In this document: piece by piece, positions 37,187 through 49,657 of the stretch
Layout: each line of letters begins with the position of its first letter
Position numbering within the stretch: position 1 is the first letter of the stretch
NCBI RefSeq assembly: GCF_006345805.1
Contig: NC_043022.1
Span: 13,826,001 to 13,890,000, forward strand
DNA: 64,000 nt
Direction of reading: 5' to 3'
From: Octopus sinensis
Taxonomy: Eukaryota
Notes under the pieces: model-generated
The model's database searches: none
What the model was told of the DNA's origin: nothing
The model's input: only the letters and a program-made list of their open reading frames with translations
Position numbers and translations under genes: made by a program

Positions 37187-37309
37187 CATCCCTTTTATAT
37201 GTATGTAATATAATTTTTTTCTGAAACTTCAGATTTTTAAATATGCTAGACCACTGGTTTTAAATTGATATTAATCAAATTAATATTCAATTTTTCACCC
37301 TTATTTTAA

Positions 37310-37341
<32 letters not shown>

Positions 37342-37369
37342 AGGCACACACATACTTATATATAATATA

Positions 37370-37600
37370 TATATATACACACAATATATAGATACACATA
37401 TACACACAATATATAGATACATATATACACACAATATATAGATACATATATACACACAATATATAGATACATATATACACACAATATATAGATACATATA
37501 TACACACAATATATACATATATACACACAATATATAGATACATATATACACACAATATATAGATACACATATACATATATACACACAATATATATAGATA
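37370..37600. repeat. 25-bp minisatellite (ACAATATATAGATACATATATACAC)
   Basis: ACAAT at 37381, 37406, 37431... Confidence 0.85.
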
Positions 37601-37660
37601 CATATATACACATACTTATATACCCACACATATATATTCTATTTTCTGTTCCTGCTGCAG

Positions 37661-37952
37661 GTGCTAAAGAGCAGATATTGCCGCATCCCAACCAGCAGCA
37701 GCAGCAGTGTTATCGCGGTGGTCAGCAACAGATCCAGCCTTTACTGCCACAGACCCTTCCGTCGTCGGGTCAGTCCTTCAACAAACAACCGGCCTCTCTC
37801 ATGCACATGCATCCACAGAGGCCGGTGACCACGTTACCAAATGCTTCCGCCGCTGCCTACAAACAACCACAGCAACGGCAAAAAGGTCCACCGCCAGGAT
37901 TTGTAAAGCACCAAAACCACAAGAACTATTCTTCCAAACTTGGAGGCTGCAG
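37661..37952 (+). CDS. XRN1: XRN1 exon 15 in window (Q/P-rich)
   Basis: ctgcAG / GTAAAT; (G)AKEQILPHPNQQQQQ...SSKLGGC; phase 1 in and phase 2 out fit the flanking exons across a 12.5-kb intron. Confidence 0.8.
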
Positions 37953-38145
37953 GTAAATAATTGCCAAGACATCCGTGGCTTTCTTTAATAATCCTTCTCT
38001 TCTTTAACAGCCATTTTATTTTTGTCCCCTTTTTTAAACCTTGTATTTGGATTTGGGTGCTGGAAACTAAAGCTTGTGTGTACATGCATGCAAATATATA
38101 ATTGCATATAGTCTCAAGTGTGTATGTATGTGTGTGTGTGTACAT

Positions 38146-38209
<64 letters not shown>

Positions 38210-38300
38210 GTTAATCCAAACAAGAAAGCACAAAAAAACACAACAACGTGAGGACGTGGAACAAATATAGTATTATTGGACACTCAGGAAAGAAGGAAAG

Positions 38301-38333
38301 TTTAACGTTTCGAGCGGAGCTCTTCGTCGGAAA
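38301..38333 (-). ncRNA. minimal hammerhead motif with U4C change, in a Penelope-like terminus
   Basis: TTT-CCGACGA-A-GAGC(TCC)GCTC-GAAACGT-T^AAA. Confidence 0.55.
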
Positions 38334-38681
38334 AATCCAGAGAAGGGAAGACAGAGGAAAAAAAATCGCCAACGGTACACACGAGGTCACATTTTGAAAG
38401 ACCAGAAGGAAAAGAGAGAGAGAGGGCAATATATCTGTATTTGTGCTTATGTGTGTGTCCGTATATATGTATGTATATGCATATATTGATATATCTGTGT
38501 GTGTAATGGTTGTATGGTAAAGAAGCTTGCTTTCCAAAATCCATGTGGTTTCAGTCCAAATTCCACATCACAAAACTGATTACAACACCCTAATGAGAAC
38601 AAACGAAATGCAGCAATCATCAATTTCATACAACATCTTTACTGATGGTCTTCTTTTCTTTTATTTCTTCCTTCATTTCAG

Positions 38682-38760
38682 GAACACGGCTCTTGAACTG
38701 CACAATCTTTGTTGCCAATATGGACTCGGCCCACCGAAATATGACTTCAGTGGAGCAAAG
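38682..38760 (+). CDS. XRN1: XRN1 exon 16 in window (dsRBD-like, first half)
   Basis: tttcAG / GTGAGA; (R)NTALELHNLCCQYGLGPPKYDFSGAK. Confidence 0.88.
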
Positions 38761-40707
38761 GTGAGACACAATTGTTTATTATCATCTGTTACTAGATTCC
38801 CAGTTTACATCTTCAGTCTTTACCTACGGCCATGCTGGGGCACTGCCTTGAAGGGATTTAGTGAAACAAATCAACCTGAGCCCTTGTTTTTTAAAATCTG
38901 GTACTTATTCTATGGGCATTATTTACAATGGACAGATAGGTGCCCTCATCGTGTTATCACTCTCTGTTCATTGTAAATAATGTACGTAATTCTTCATCCC
39001 CAAAATATAGAATAGTAGTATTCTATTGGTGGAGGCGCGTGGCTTAGTGGTTAGGGTGTCAGCATCATGATCGTAAGATTGTGGTTTCAACTCCTGGACC
39101 GGGCAACGCATTGTGTTCTTGAGCAAAACACTTCATTTCACGTTACTCCAGTCCACTCAGCTGGTAAAAATGAGTAACGCTACGATGGACTGGCGTCCCA
39201 TCCAGCTGGGGAACACATACGCCATTGAAACCGGACCCATGAGCCTGGTTAGACTTTAAAAGGGCGCATTTATTTATTATTATTATTATTCTATTGGCAT
39301 TTGCCAGACCATTAAGTTGCAGGGACATAAACAAACCAACACCATTTGTCAAGTGGAAGGGGACAAACACACAGACACACACAATAATGTATATCTATGT
39401 ATGTTTGTAGGGAAATTGAACAAGGAGACAAACTCTCAGGAAGTTGTTAAAACATATCTTGAATTCTTCTACATATGTTTCGATGGATGCACTCCAAAAT
39501 GTCTGACAGGATAAATTATGGTCAGCAATGCGTCAATCCCATCAGGACGGATATAAATAACAAACTCATCAAACAGACAGGTTAACAGAAAGATATAAAT
39601 GGTTTAACAAACATCCTGACAATTCGTCTCCTTGTTCAATTTTTCTATCTTCTACTAAATACAACTTACTATCCCGGATTTAAGTCCAGGGACACTTATG
39701 CAACATTTAGCTACCTTGTAATAATTCCCCTGGATTTTTCCTTTAAATTGAAAATTCTATGTATGTATGTCTGTATGTATATATGTATATATATATGTAT
39801 GTATATATGTATATGTGTATATATGTATGTATATATGTATGTGTATATGTATGTGTATATATGTATGTATATATGTATGTATATATATACACACATACTC
39901 ATACACGCACACACACACACACACACATAGCTCCTACCCAGTTTTTGTCTACCAAATTCACTCAAATGTCATTGGTCGGTCCCAAGACTATAATAGAAGA
40001 CACTTTGCTGCCCGATGTTTAGTCCACATTTACTCCGTAAGGAGCAAAGGACCAGTTTCCTGGTTTCTATATTCCTCCCTGGATGGGATGCCAGTCCATT
40101 GCAGGGTGACTCATTTCCACCAGCCGAGTGGACTGGAGCAGTGTGCAGTGAAGTGTTTTTGCTCATGAACACAATGTATCGCCCGGTCCAGGAATCGAAA
40201 CCACGACTATGATTTCACTTGGCTTGATGAGTCTTCTCAAGCACGGCATATCGCCAAAGGTCTCAGTCCCTTGTCATTGACTCTGTGAGGCCCCAACATT
40301 TGAAGATCATGCTTCACCACCTCACCCCATGTCTTCCTTGGTTTACCTCTTCCACAGTTAGAGATTGGCGTATATGTATATATTCCTGTCACAACATGGG
40401 ACCTTGAAGACTGCTTAAATGCAAGAAAGTATACTAGTCCCTTAATATTTGATATTCAATATTTCATCTATTCAATAAGACAATCAATACTTCATTTCAT
40501 TTTACACTATATATACTATTTATACTATATATTCTATATTCTACATTAGGCGCAGGAGTGGCTGTGTGGTAAGTAGCTTGCTAACCAACATGGTTCCGGG
40601 TTCAGTCCCACTGCGTGGCACCTTGGGCAAGTGTCTTCTGCTATAGCCCCGGGCCGACCAATGCCTTGTGAGTGGATTTGGTAGACAGAAACTGAAAGAA
40701 GCCTGTC

Positions 40708-40749
<42 letters not shown>

Positions 40750-40829
40750 ATAAATATTAGGGAATATATCCAAATTTACAGGGAAAAAAAATCAGATTTA
40801 GGATTAAATCCAATTTTATAGTAAAATAT

Positions 40830-41167
40830 TATAAAATATTATTTGAGACAAAACCACTATTTTGCAAAACAAACAAGGAAAGACTTAATCAATACATAAA
40901 ATTTAATAAATAGTAAAAAAAACCGCCACTACAATCGTTTCTTGTCTTGATCGACAATCTTCAGGTGGACTTCCAATAATTCAGTTACAAATTATGAAGT
41001 CATAATTTGTAACTGAATTATTGGAAGTCCACCTGAAGATTGTCGATCAAGACAAGAAACGATTGTAGTGGCGGTTTTTTTTACTATTTATTAAATTTTA
41101 TGTATTGATTAAGTCTTTCCTTGTTTGTTTTGCAAAATAGTGGTTTTGTCTCAAATAATATTTTATA
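40830..41167. mobile_element. Penelope-like terminus as a perfect 168-bp-arm palindrome
   Basis: 40830-40997 is the exact reverse complement of 41000-41167 (2-nt loop); carries the hammerhead motif; sits in the (TA)n spacer of a split SINE-A. Confidence 0.75.
41029..41071 (+). ncRNA. minimal (Penelope-type) type I hammerhead ribozyme, core intact; mirror copy on minus at 40926-40968
   Basis: CCAC-CTGAAGA-TTGTC(GATCAA)GACAA-GAAACGATTGTA^GTGG: stem I CCAC/GTGG, 5-bp stem II, near-palindromic stem III, GUA cleavage triplet. Confidence 0.75.
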
Positions 41168-41510
41168 TATATATATATATATGTGTGTGTCTGTGTTTGT
41201 CCCCCTAGCATTGTTTGACAACCGATGCTGGTGTGTTTACGTCCCTGTCACTTTTTTGCGGTTCAGCAAAAGAGACCGATAGAATAAGTACTGGGCTTAC
41301 AAAGAATAAGTATCGGGGTCGATTTGCTTGACTAAAGGCAGTGCTCCAGCATGGCCGCAGTCAAATGACTGAAACAAGTAAAAGAGTAAAGAGTAAGAGT
41401 ATTAATATTAACAGAGTTGGAATTCCTTTGAATAATATATATCCCCCTATACACAATCATACAAACCCCTTTTTATGTATATATGTGTATATGTTTGTTT
41501 TTGTTTTCAG

Positions 41511-41624
41511 AATCATATCACAGCTTGTGTGACCTTATCCAATGGCAACAGGCTTCAGGGAACCCCTTGTGCAACCCGAGACGAAGCAGTTGAAAGCACG
41601 GCACGTATTGCTCTTCTTCACTTG
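41511..41624 (+). CDS. XRN1: XRN1 exon 17 in window (dsRBD-like, second half)
   Basis: tttcAG / GTAAGT; NHITACVTLSNGNRLQGTPCATRDEAVESTARIALLHL, cf. human CQVKLSNGLLVHGPQCHSENEAKEKAALFAL. Confidence 0.92.
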
Positions 41625-42966
41625 GTAAGTATGGCCTCGTTTACCCGCACTCACATCTGCATCGCATATACACCTCTTCTCCACTTGGTAACTTCCACTC
41701 CTCTACCTTCACTCACATGTCACGTAATAGGTGTACGTCTTCTTCACTTGGTAACTCAGACCTCTTTTACGTTTACTAGCATACAAGCATACATACATGC
41801 ATACGTCTTCTCCACTTGGTAAGCAAAAGTGTCATTTACATAACACTCACACTCACATCTCCTGTACACCTCTTCTCCACATGCTAACTCAGACCTCATC
41901 TTCCTTCTCTCACACTCACATTTGTTCGATTAAAAGTGGTGTTCCAGTATGGCCACAGTCAAATGACTGAAATAAATAAATAAATAAAAGAATATTTTTG
42001 CATGTAGGCGTGGGTATGTGGTCAAGAATTTTGCTTTCATCTCGTGGTTTCAGTGTACTTTATATATATATATATATTACGCTCGTGGAGTGGTTGGCGT
42101 TAGGAAGGGCATCCAGCTGTAGAAACACTGCCAGATCAGACTGGAGCCTGGTGCAGCCTCCTGGCTTCCCAGACCCCAGTCGAACCATCCAACCCATGCT
42201 AGCGCGGAAAACGGACGTTAAACGATGATGATGATATACATACAAATATTCTATAATTATAAGTATAATTATAATCAGGGGTCAGCTAATTGCTTTGCCA
42301 CTCACCAAATTTAGAAATAGGAGTTAAAATGAGCTTTTCTGCCTTGCGAACCTAAAAAGGTTATTTTAACGTACCAAACTACTTGGTAAAATTCTGATCT
42401 GATATGGCTTGGTTTCCACCCCTGGATGCTCTTCCTAACACCAACCACTCCAAGAGTGTAGTGGCTGCTTTTTACACGCTACTGGCACATGTGCCAGTTA
42501 AGTGACACCAGCATAGGCCATGACTGCGATCTCATTTGGCTTGACTGGTCTTGTCAAGAATGGTATATCGGCAAAGGGGTCAGTCACTTGTTACTTTTTA
42601 CCAGCCAGTTGCACCACACTGGCATTGGTGGTGTCTATGGTTCCACTTGGCTTCACGGATCTTCTCAAGCACGATATTACACATGTGTGTATTCATCTGT
42701 TCTCTTGACATCACGTGGTGGTTGTAAATGAGTGCCACTGTTATACAAGCAGTGCTGCTCATTTTGAGTCTTCTGTGAAAAGAATCTCTGGCCACAGGGA
42801 AATACAAATCCACTTAGAAATGGGTGAGAGTTGGTGACAGGAAGAGCACCCACCCACCCATCGAAAATCTATCCCAACGACCTACCCCCAATGCCTCTCT
42901 CTCTCTCTCCCCTCTGTATCCTCCCACTTAATTGTCATTTTCCTTTTTCTATTATTCTCGCCTCAG

Positions 42967-43120
42967 TCTGCTCAGAGTATGATGGTTCCATATCAGTTGA
43001 TGCCTCCGCAAGCTGCGCCCCCTGGAATCATGCCAGCCACACACCTCGGACAAATGCCCCAACAGTTTTCATCTCCCAACTCAGCATTCAGCCCTGTGGT
43101 TCCGAGAGGGCCTGCCCCAG
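42967..43120 (+). CDS. XRN1: XRN1 exon 18 in window (P/Q/M-rich)
   Basis: cctcAG / GTTAGT; SAQSMMVPYQLMPPQAAPPG...RGPAP; phases 0/1 fit; a second in-frame CAG acceptor lies 9 nt downstream. Confidence 0.75.
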
Positions 43121-45993
43121 GTTAGTATACGTGTGTGTGTGTGTGTGGAGAAGGTTGGCTCTATCTTAATTCGTTAGTAATATGCTTAAATATGTTTCTT
43201 TTCCTTACAAACCTCAAAAACTGACAACTAATTATCGTAGTTTTCTTCAAAAACATTATACTTTGTTTATATTTCTGAAATAATGATTTTTTTTTTATCA
43301 ACAGGGAAATACTTAAGATTAATCAAGCTATTTAAAAAAAATTTTTTATTATTATTATTTATTATTATTATTAATTATTATTAATTATTATTATTATTAT
43401 TGTTATTATTAAGGTGGTGAGCTGGCGGTATCATTAGCATGTCGGGCAAAATGCTTTGTGGCATATTGTCCATCTTCACATTCTGAGTTCAAATTCTGCC
43501 AATGTCGTCAACTTTACCTTTAATCCTTCCTGGGTCAGTAAAATAAAGTACCAGTTGAGTACTGGGGTCGATGTAATTGACTTACCCATTCTCCTCAAAT
43601 TACTAGTCTTGTGCCAAAATATGAAACCATTATTATTATTATTATTATTATTAAGGCGAGCTGGCGGAATCATTAGCACACTGGACGAAATGCTTTGCAG
43701 TATTTCGCCTGTAACTACGTCCTGAGTTCAATTTCTGCTTTCATCCTTTCGGAGTTAATAAATTAAGTACCAGCGAAACACTGGGGTTGATGTAATCAAC
43801 TAGTGCCCCTCCCCCACAAAATTTCAGGCCTTGTGCCTATAGTAGAAAGGATAATTATTATTATTACTATGTGACATGGTGAGCTGACAGACCTGCTTAG
43901 CAGCATTTTGTCTGTCTTCATGTTCGGAGTTCAAATTCTGCCAAGGTTGATTTGTCTTTCACCTTTCCGGGGTTGATAAAGCAAGTACCAATTGAGTACT
44001 GGGGTTGATGTAATCGACTGTCCCCCTCCCCACAAATTCCAGGCCTTGTGCTTATAGTAGAAAGAATTATTATTATTATTGTGACAACTTCAATAAACCT
44101 GCTGTTTGCAAGTTTGCTTCCAAGACATTTACCCCAGTGAAATAAGGAAACCCCTTAACAACTATTTGTGAAGGAGCATGGGCCTCGTGGTTCAGACGTT
44201 GGGCATACAACCATTAGATTGAGGGTTTGATTCGTTGTACAGGCGACACATTGTGCCCTTGAATAAAGCACTTCATTTCACATTGCCCCAGTCCCCTCAG
44301 ATGTAAATAGGGACCAACCTAGTACTGCTGCTTCTCTCTCTGGCTGTCACATCCTTGGTGTTCCTCTATTGGGCAAAGGGCAGGAGAGCTGAGAGGGGAT
44401 CTGCATCTGCTCCCGACTACATAGGGGCCGAAAACAATTAGTATAAACATGGTACATATTACCAGTTCATACTCATTTGCAAGAAATCGTGGGGAACTAA
44501 AGCCCCACCTCCTCACCCCTTTTTTTTTAAAAAACAGTATTTTCCTTCTCAATTCTCCTTCACCCAGGATGGGAAATGATAACAAATGGTGTATTTCACT
44601 CTGTCCAATCAGCCCCAGAAGTAAATTCACTGATTCAATGTGTACTTGTGTAATCCTACATGGATTAGCATAATCCTACATGGATTAGTGTAATCCTGCA
44701 TGGATTAATGCAAGCTTATGCAGACTTGAGTAATCCTAGATGGATTTGTGTAATCTTACACGGATTTTGCATACCGTAAGGCAGCAAGCAGGCCAAATCC
44801 TAAGTGTGTCTGATGAAATGCCAAATGGCTTTCAGCTCTTATATCGGTCTGAGAGTGACTTTGCCTTCCGTCCTTTCGAGGTTAGTCAGATAAAGTACCA
44901 GTTGTGTACTGGGGTTAATGTGATCAGCCCCCCCCCCCCACCTACTTGGGATGCTAAAGGAACAAGTGTGGCAGTGGGGATTTTCTGTTGTTTCATGAAG
45001 ATTCAGTTGTTTGGTTTACCTGAATTACCTGACCCTGAATTAATATGTACGTGGGTGAGTATCCCTCAGCAGTCGTAGGTAAACTGTGAGCCACGTGACT
45101 TTCTGAATGGCAAACTCACGAAATCACTTTGGATTTTGCTTTAGTTGTGCAACTTGCCCTGGTATTGAACCAGGTCCCATGCCATCTGCTTCTCCAAAAA
45201 AAAAAAAAACAAAGTTGCTTATTGCCTGCCTTAGTGAAGGTGCAATCACGAGGTAGTGAGTTCGATTCCTTGACCAGGCTGTGTGTTGTGTTCTTGAGCA
45301 AGACACTCATTTCACACTGCTCCAGTTCGCTTATCTATAAAAATGAGTTGTGATGTCACTGGTGCCAAGCTGTATCGGCCCCTTTGCCTTTCCCTTGGAT
45401 AACATCGGTGGCATGCAGTGGGAAGGCTGGTATGCATGGGTGACTGTCGGTCTTCCATAAACAGCCTTGCCCAGACTTGTACCTCAGAGGGGAACTTTCT
45501 AGGTGCAATCCCATGGTCATTCATGACCGAAGGGGGTCTTTATTGCTGCCTTATAGGGATTCTTAGACAGACTCAGCGTGACACAGTATGTATGTGTGAT
45601 AAAGCTGTATGTTTTTGAAATAGGGGTAAAATCCACCCAACAAGCTTCTGTACAATTTATGCCACTCATTTTCACTTACAAGGTAAGGGTCAAGCCAAGG
45701 CTTTGCTGAATATGCCATGCAGAGAGATTGACCTTTGGCTATCCATCATTTGATGGTCAAAATATCCCTTAGATATTCCATGCAGGCAGGGTAGATTGTG
45801 TTGTGTGTAGCCACTTGTTAATGGCTGCAATTACCCCGCTATTGCAGTACTGCAGCTCTTGCACCGCTGCACTCAGAATGTACCACTACAGCTACTGTTA
45901 TAGCCACTACTACCACTATTGAACTACTGTAGCTACAGCCACACCATCAAAACCACCACAGCACCAACACCAATAGTTATGTGTGTTTATTTA

Positions 45994-46465
45994 TTAACCC
46001 CTTCATTACCCTATTTCTGTTCAGATGCTCTGTGTTTCTTTCAATTAATTTTAAATATTACAAACAATTTAGTAAAATAACTTAGTTACCATTAAGCTAG
46101 TGTTAGGAACATAAATTGTGATTAAGGTTTGGTGGAAGATTTTAATTCAGAACTTACGTAAACAAGACATTTGTACTCAGAGCCAGAGGTGGTTTCAGCC
46201 AGGTTATCAAATGGGTTAAGAATTGTTTCTCTATTATATATTTTAACCCTTTTGTTACCCTATTTCTGTTGAGATGCTCTGGGTTTCTTTCAATTACTTT
46301 AAATATAACAAAGAATTTAGTAAACTAACTTAGTTATCATTCAGCTCGTGTTAGGAACATAAATTGTGACTAAGGTTTGGTGGAAGATTTTAATTCAAAG
46401 CTTTTGGAAGCAAGACATTTGTAATACAGAGGTGGTTTCAGGCAGGTTGGTATGAAAAGGGTTAA
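45994..46465. mobile_element. two tandem copies of piggyBac-type MITE family 2
   Basis: 45994-46219 and 46243-46465, each TTAA-CCC...GGG-TTAA with near-identical interiors. Confidence 0.85.
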
Positions 46466-47237
46466 GGGTACAATTAAGGTGACAAACTGGTAGAATTGCT
46501 TCCAGCAGCATTTCCTCTTGCCCTTTCTGCTCTGAATTGAAAGGTTACCAAGGTCAACTTTGCCTTTCATCATTTTGGAGTTTGATCACATCAAAGCATG
46601 GTGGCATTTCTGTTTTTAAAAAAATTTTTTTCTTTATGTTCTGAGTTCAGATGCCGTTAAAATTAACTAACTTACCTTTCGTCTTTTCAGGGTTGATAAA
46701 ATACATGATAGTTGATCCACTGGGGTTGATGTGATTAACAAGGCCCCTCCTCTCAAAATTTCTAGTTTTTTTTCCCTATAGTAGCAAGAATTGTCAAGAA
46801 TACAACCAACAGTCCTTCTGAATTTTGCTTCTTCTCATTCAGTCTCATCCCGTTTCTTTTAATCTTTGAATTTACTCTCTCTCACTCTTTAGCATTCAGA
46901 TTTCTCTCTCTCAAATGTAATCCTTATTATTTATCCACTTTTGTTTTCAATTAATCATGCATTCTCGTAGTTTCCATATTCTGATGATGTGATTGTTTGT
47001 TTTAAGAATGACATTGTAGGGGAGGTGGGAGAGGTGTGAGAGGCTAGACCTGGACAGTTCAAATACAAGACACAAAGAAAATATTTGGGTCTGACAGATG
47101 GCCAATTTAAATGCTGACCGGTTAAACGAAAGGACCAAAAAAGAAACAACACCCCACCGAAATCTCCCCCTCCCCTCCAATCTACTCAAAAACGGACCTC
47201 ACTTTGAAAAGCAGTGTTATGTCTTGTGTTCCCCCAG

Positions 47238-47476
47238 GCTGGGGCATAGTCCCTCAACATCTTCAGAAGCTACCCTGGTATACAACTCAAGCTAACCTCA
47301 ATTCTGGAGGCTCTGCGGCACCAACAGTATTATACCCAGGAACTGCTGGTAACCAGTTTGCAACGAAGCAAGCGGCCATCGTTAGTACTCCTCTAGTGTC
47401 TACGACATTAACGCCCAGCCAAGTTCATACTTCACTGTCCTGCAGTGTTGCCAATGGAAGCACAAGCAATTCTGAG
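47238..47476 (+). CDS. XRN1: XRN1 exon 19 in window
   Basis: ccccAG / GTGAGA; (G)WGIVPQHLQKLPWYTT...NGSTSNSE; phases 1/0 fit. Confidence 0.75.
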
Positions 47477-48145
47477 GTGAGATATGAAAAAATAATAATA
47501 ATAATAATGGATCTACCAAATGTCTGTTTGTTTTCATTGTAATAATTATTATTATTAGTATTTAATTTTTTTATTTTTTTATTTTTTTTTGCTTTGTCTT
47601 TTTTTAATGCTTTTTTATATTCATCGCATATTCCTCTAACCCATGACAGCAAGAAAAATTGGATGTTAGCATGATGAATGATAATGGTGATGTAGTGTTT
47701 TTTTTTTATTCTCTTGTGTTTACCTTCCTGCAGTTCGTCTTGGGTAGATTTAATGCCTGAAGAAGTGTAGAGACATGCGATAGTGAACAGGGTGGTGTTT
47801 GGTCTGCATTCTGTGGTATCTTGATGTTCATGAGACGGTGAACAAGTTGGTGTTTGATCAATATTGCTACATTCTATGGTACCCTGTGTTGGTGAACATG
47901 ACTATTTACTCTTTTACTTGTTTCAGTCATTTGACTGAGGCCATGCTGGAGCACTGCCTTTAGTCGAGCAAATCGCCCCCAGGACTTATTCTTTATAAGC
48001 CTAGTACTTATCGGTCTCTTTTGCCGAACTGCTAAGTTACAGTGACGTAAACACACCAGCATCGGTTGTCAAGCAATGTTGGGGGGACAAATACAGACAC
48101 ACAAACATACACACACACACACATATATATATATATAATATATAT

Positions 48146-48187
<42 letters not shown>

Positions 48188-49617
48188 ATGATGATAATAA
48201 TTACTCAACAAGGGGTTCTTATTCAGCTTGTGACTCATCGGGCCAAAGAAACCTTAATTATATGAAGGTTAAATTGTCATTAAGGAAACCCAAGTGAACT
48301 CACTGAAGACATATATGTATGTATGTACGGTTGACTACTCTTGTCCAAGGTGCCACATAGTGGGGTTGAACCCAAAACCATGTGGCTGCAAAATAAGCTT
48401 TTTAACCCCACAGCCATGTCTATGCCGAAAACAAATAAGGCTTAAGAGAGCATAGTTTTATATACTCCACCACCACCATCATCATTGTCATCATAACATC
48501 TGCCCAAACTTCAAAGTCACTGTCAACAACATTCTTGTTTAAAGAATACTAAATTTGTACTCTACAAAAGTATAGAGCAACCTTTCTGATTAATGTAAAA
48601 TTGTTTTTATTATAACTGAACATAAAAACAGCTCCCGTGCCAGTGGCACATAAAGGGTACCCACGACACCCTCAGAGTGGTTGGCATTAGGAAGGGCATC
48701 CAGCTGTAGAAACCTTGCCAAATCAGATCGGAGCCTCCTGGCTTGCCAGTCCTCAGTCAAACCCATGCCAGCATGGAAAACGGACGTTAAACGATGATGG
48801 TGATATACCTGTGAAATGCAGAGTTTAGTTTGTAACCATTTGGGTTTTGAGTTCCATCTCACTGCACAGCACTTTGGGGGAAGCGTCTTCTACTGTATGT
48901 AGCCTCAAAACAACTAATGTGTGTGTATGTTTGTTATAATTTTTATGTTCACTTCCCATGCTTGTAGCAGTCTTGTAGGTTCCTTTCCAACAGCGCCTCA
49001 CAATTTGTTGTGACCCTTGTCCTTCTCCTACGAGGTTCAACATTGAGATCAGCTTTTAGCACTTCTGCCTACGTCTTCCTCGGTCATTTGCTTCCACACT
49101 ACACATGATGATTTCCCTTATATATCCAATTTGTCTCTCTCTCTCTCATCGCTTGTGCACACCCTCTGCATCCAATGTCCATGTCTCACCACCATACACC
49201 ATTGCAGTCCGTACATGTACAACACGCAATCAGTCTCACTCACCATTGCTTAACCGACAGGAAATGTTAAACTACAGCAATTTTTAGAAGTCGTGAAGCA
49301 ACAGTCAGGGACACCACAGACTCTCTTCTTCTTCTTCTATGTTAAACTAAAAAGTATTTTAAATATATATATATATATATATGTGTACTATACCAATATG
49401 TATATGTGTATGTACCGTATTTTAACATTATATAAGGAACCCTTTTTTGTCAAAAATTAGTTAAAAAAAATATGGGAGTTTCTTAAACATGGCTAGTATT
49501 ATAATCCCTTACAAAACCTTTTTTCATATTTTAAGACCCCAAAATTAAGGGACTCCTTATACACATTAAAATATGGCATATATGTGTGTAAATATATATA
49601 TATATATTATATATATA

Positions 49618-49657
<40 letters not shown>

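Noticed and set aside
45811-45903. Possible extra XRN1 exon encoding a VPLQ motif (PLVNG...NVPLQLLL*)
   Set aside because: It is open only in phase 0 and ends in a stop, while this intron is phase 1. I found no exon for the PFIPLQV-like motif recalled from vertebrate XRN1, so a missed small exon cannot be excluded.
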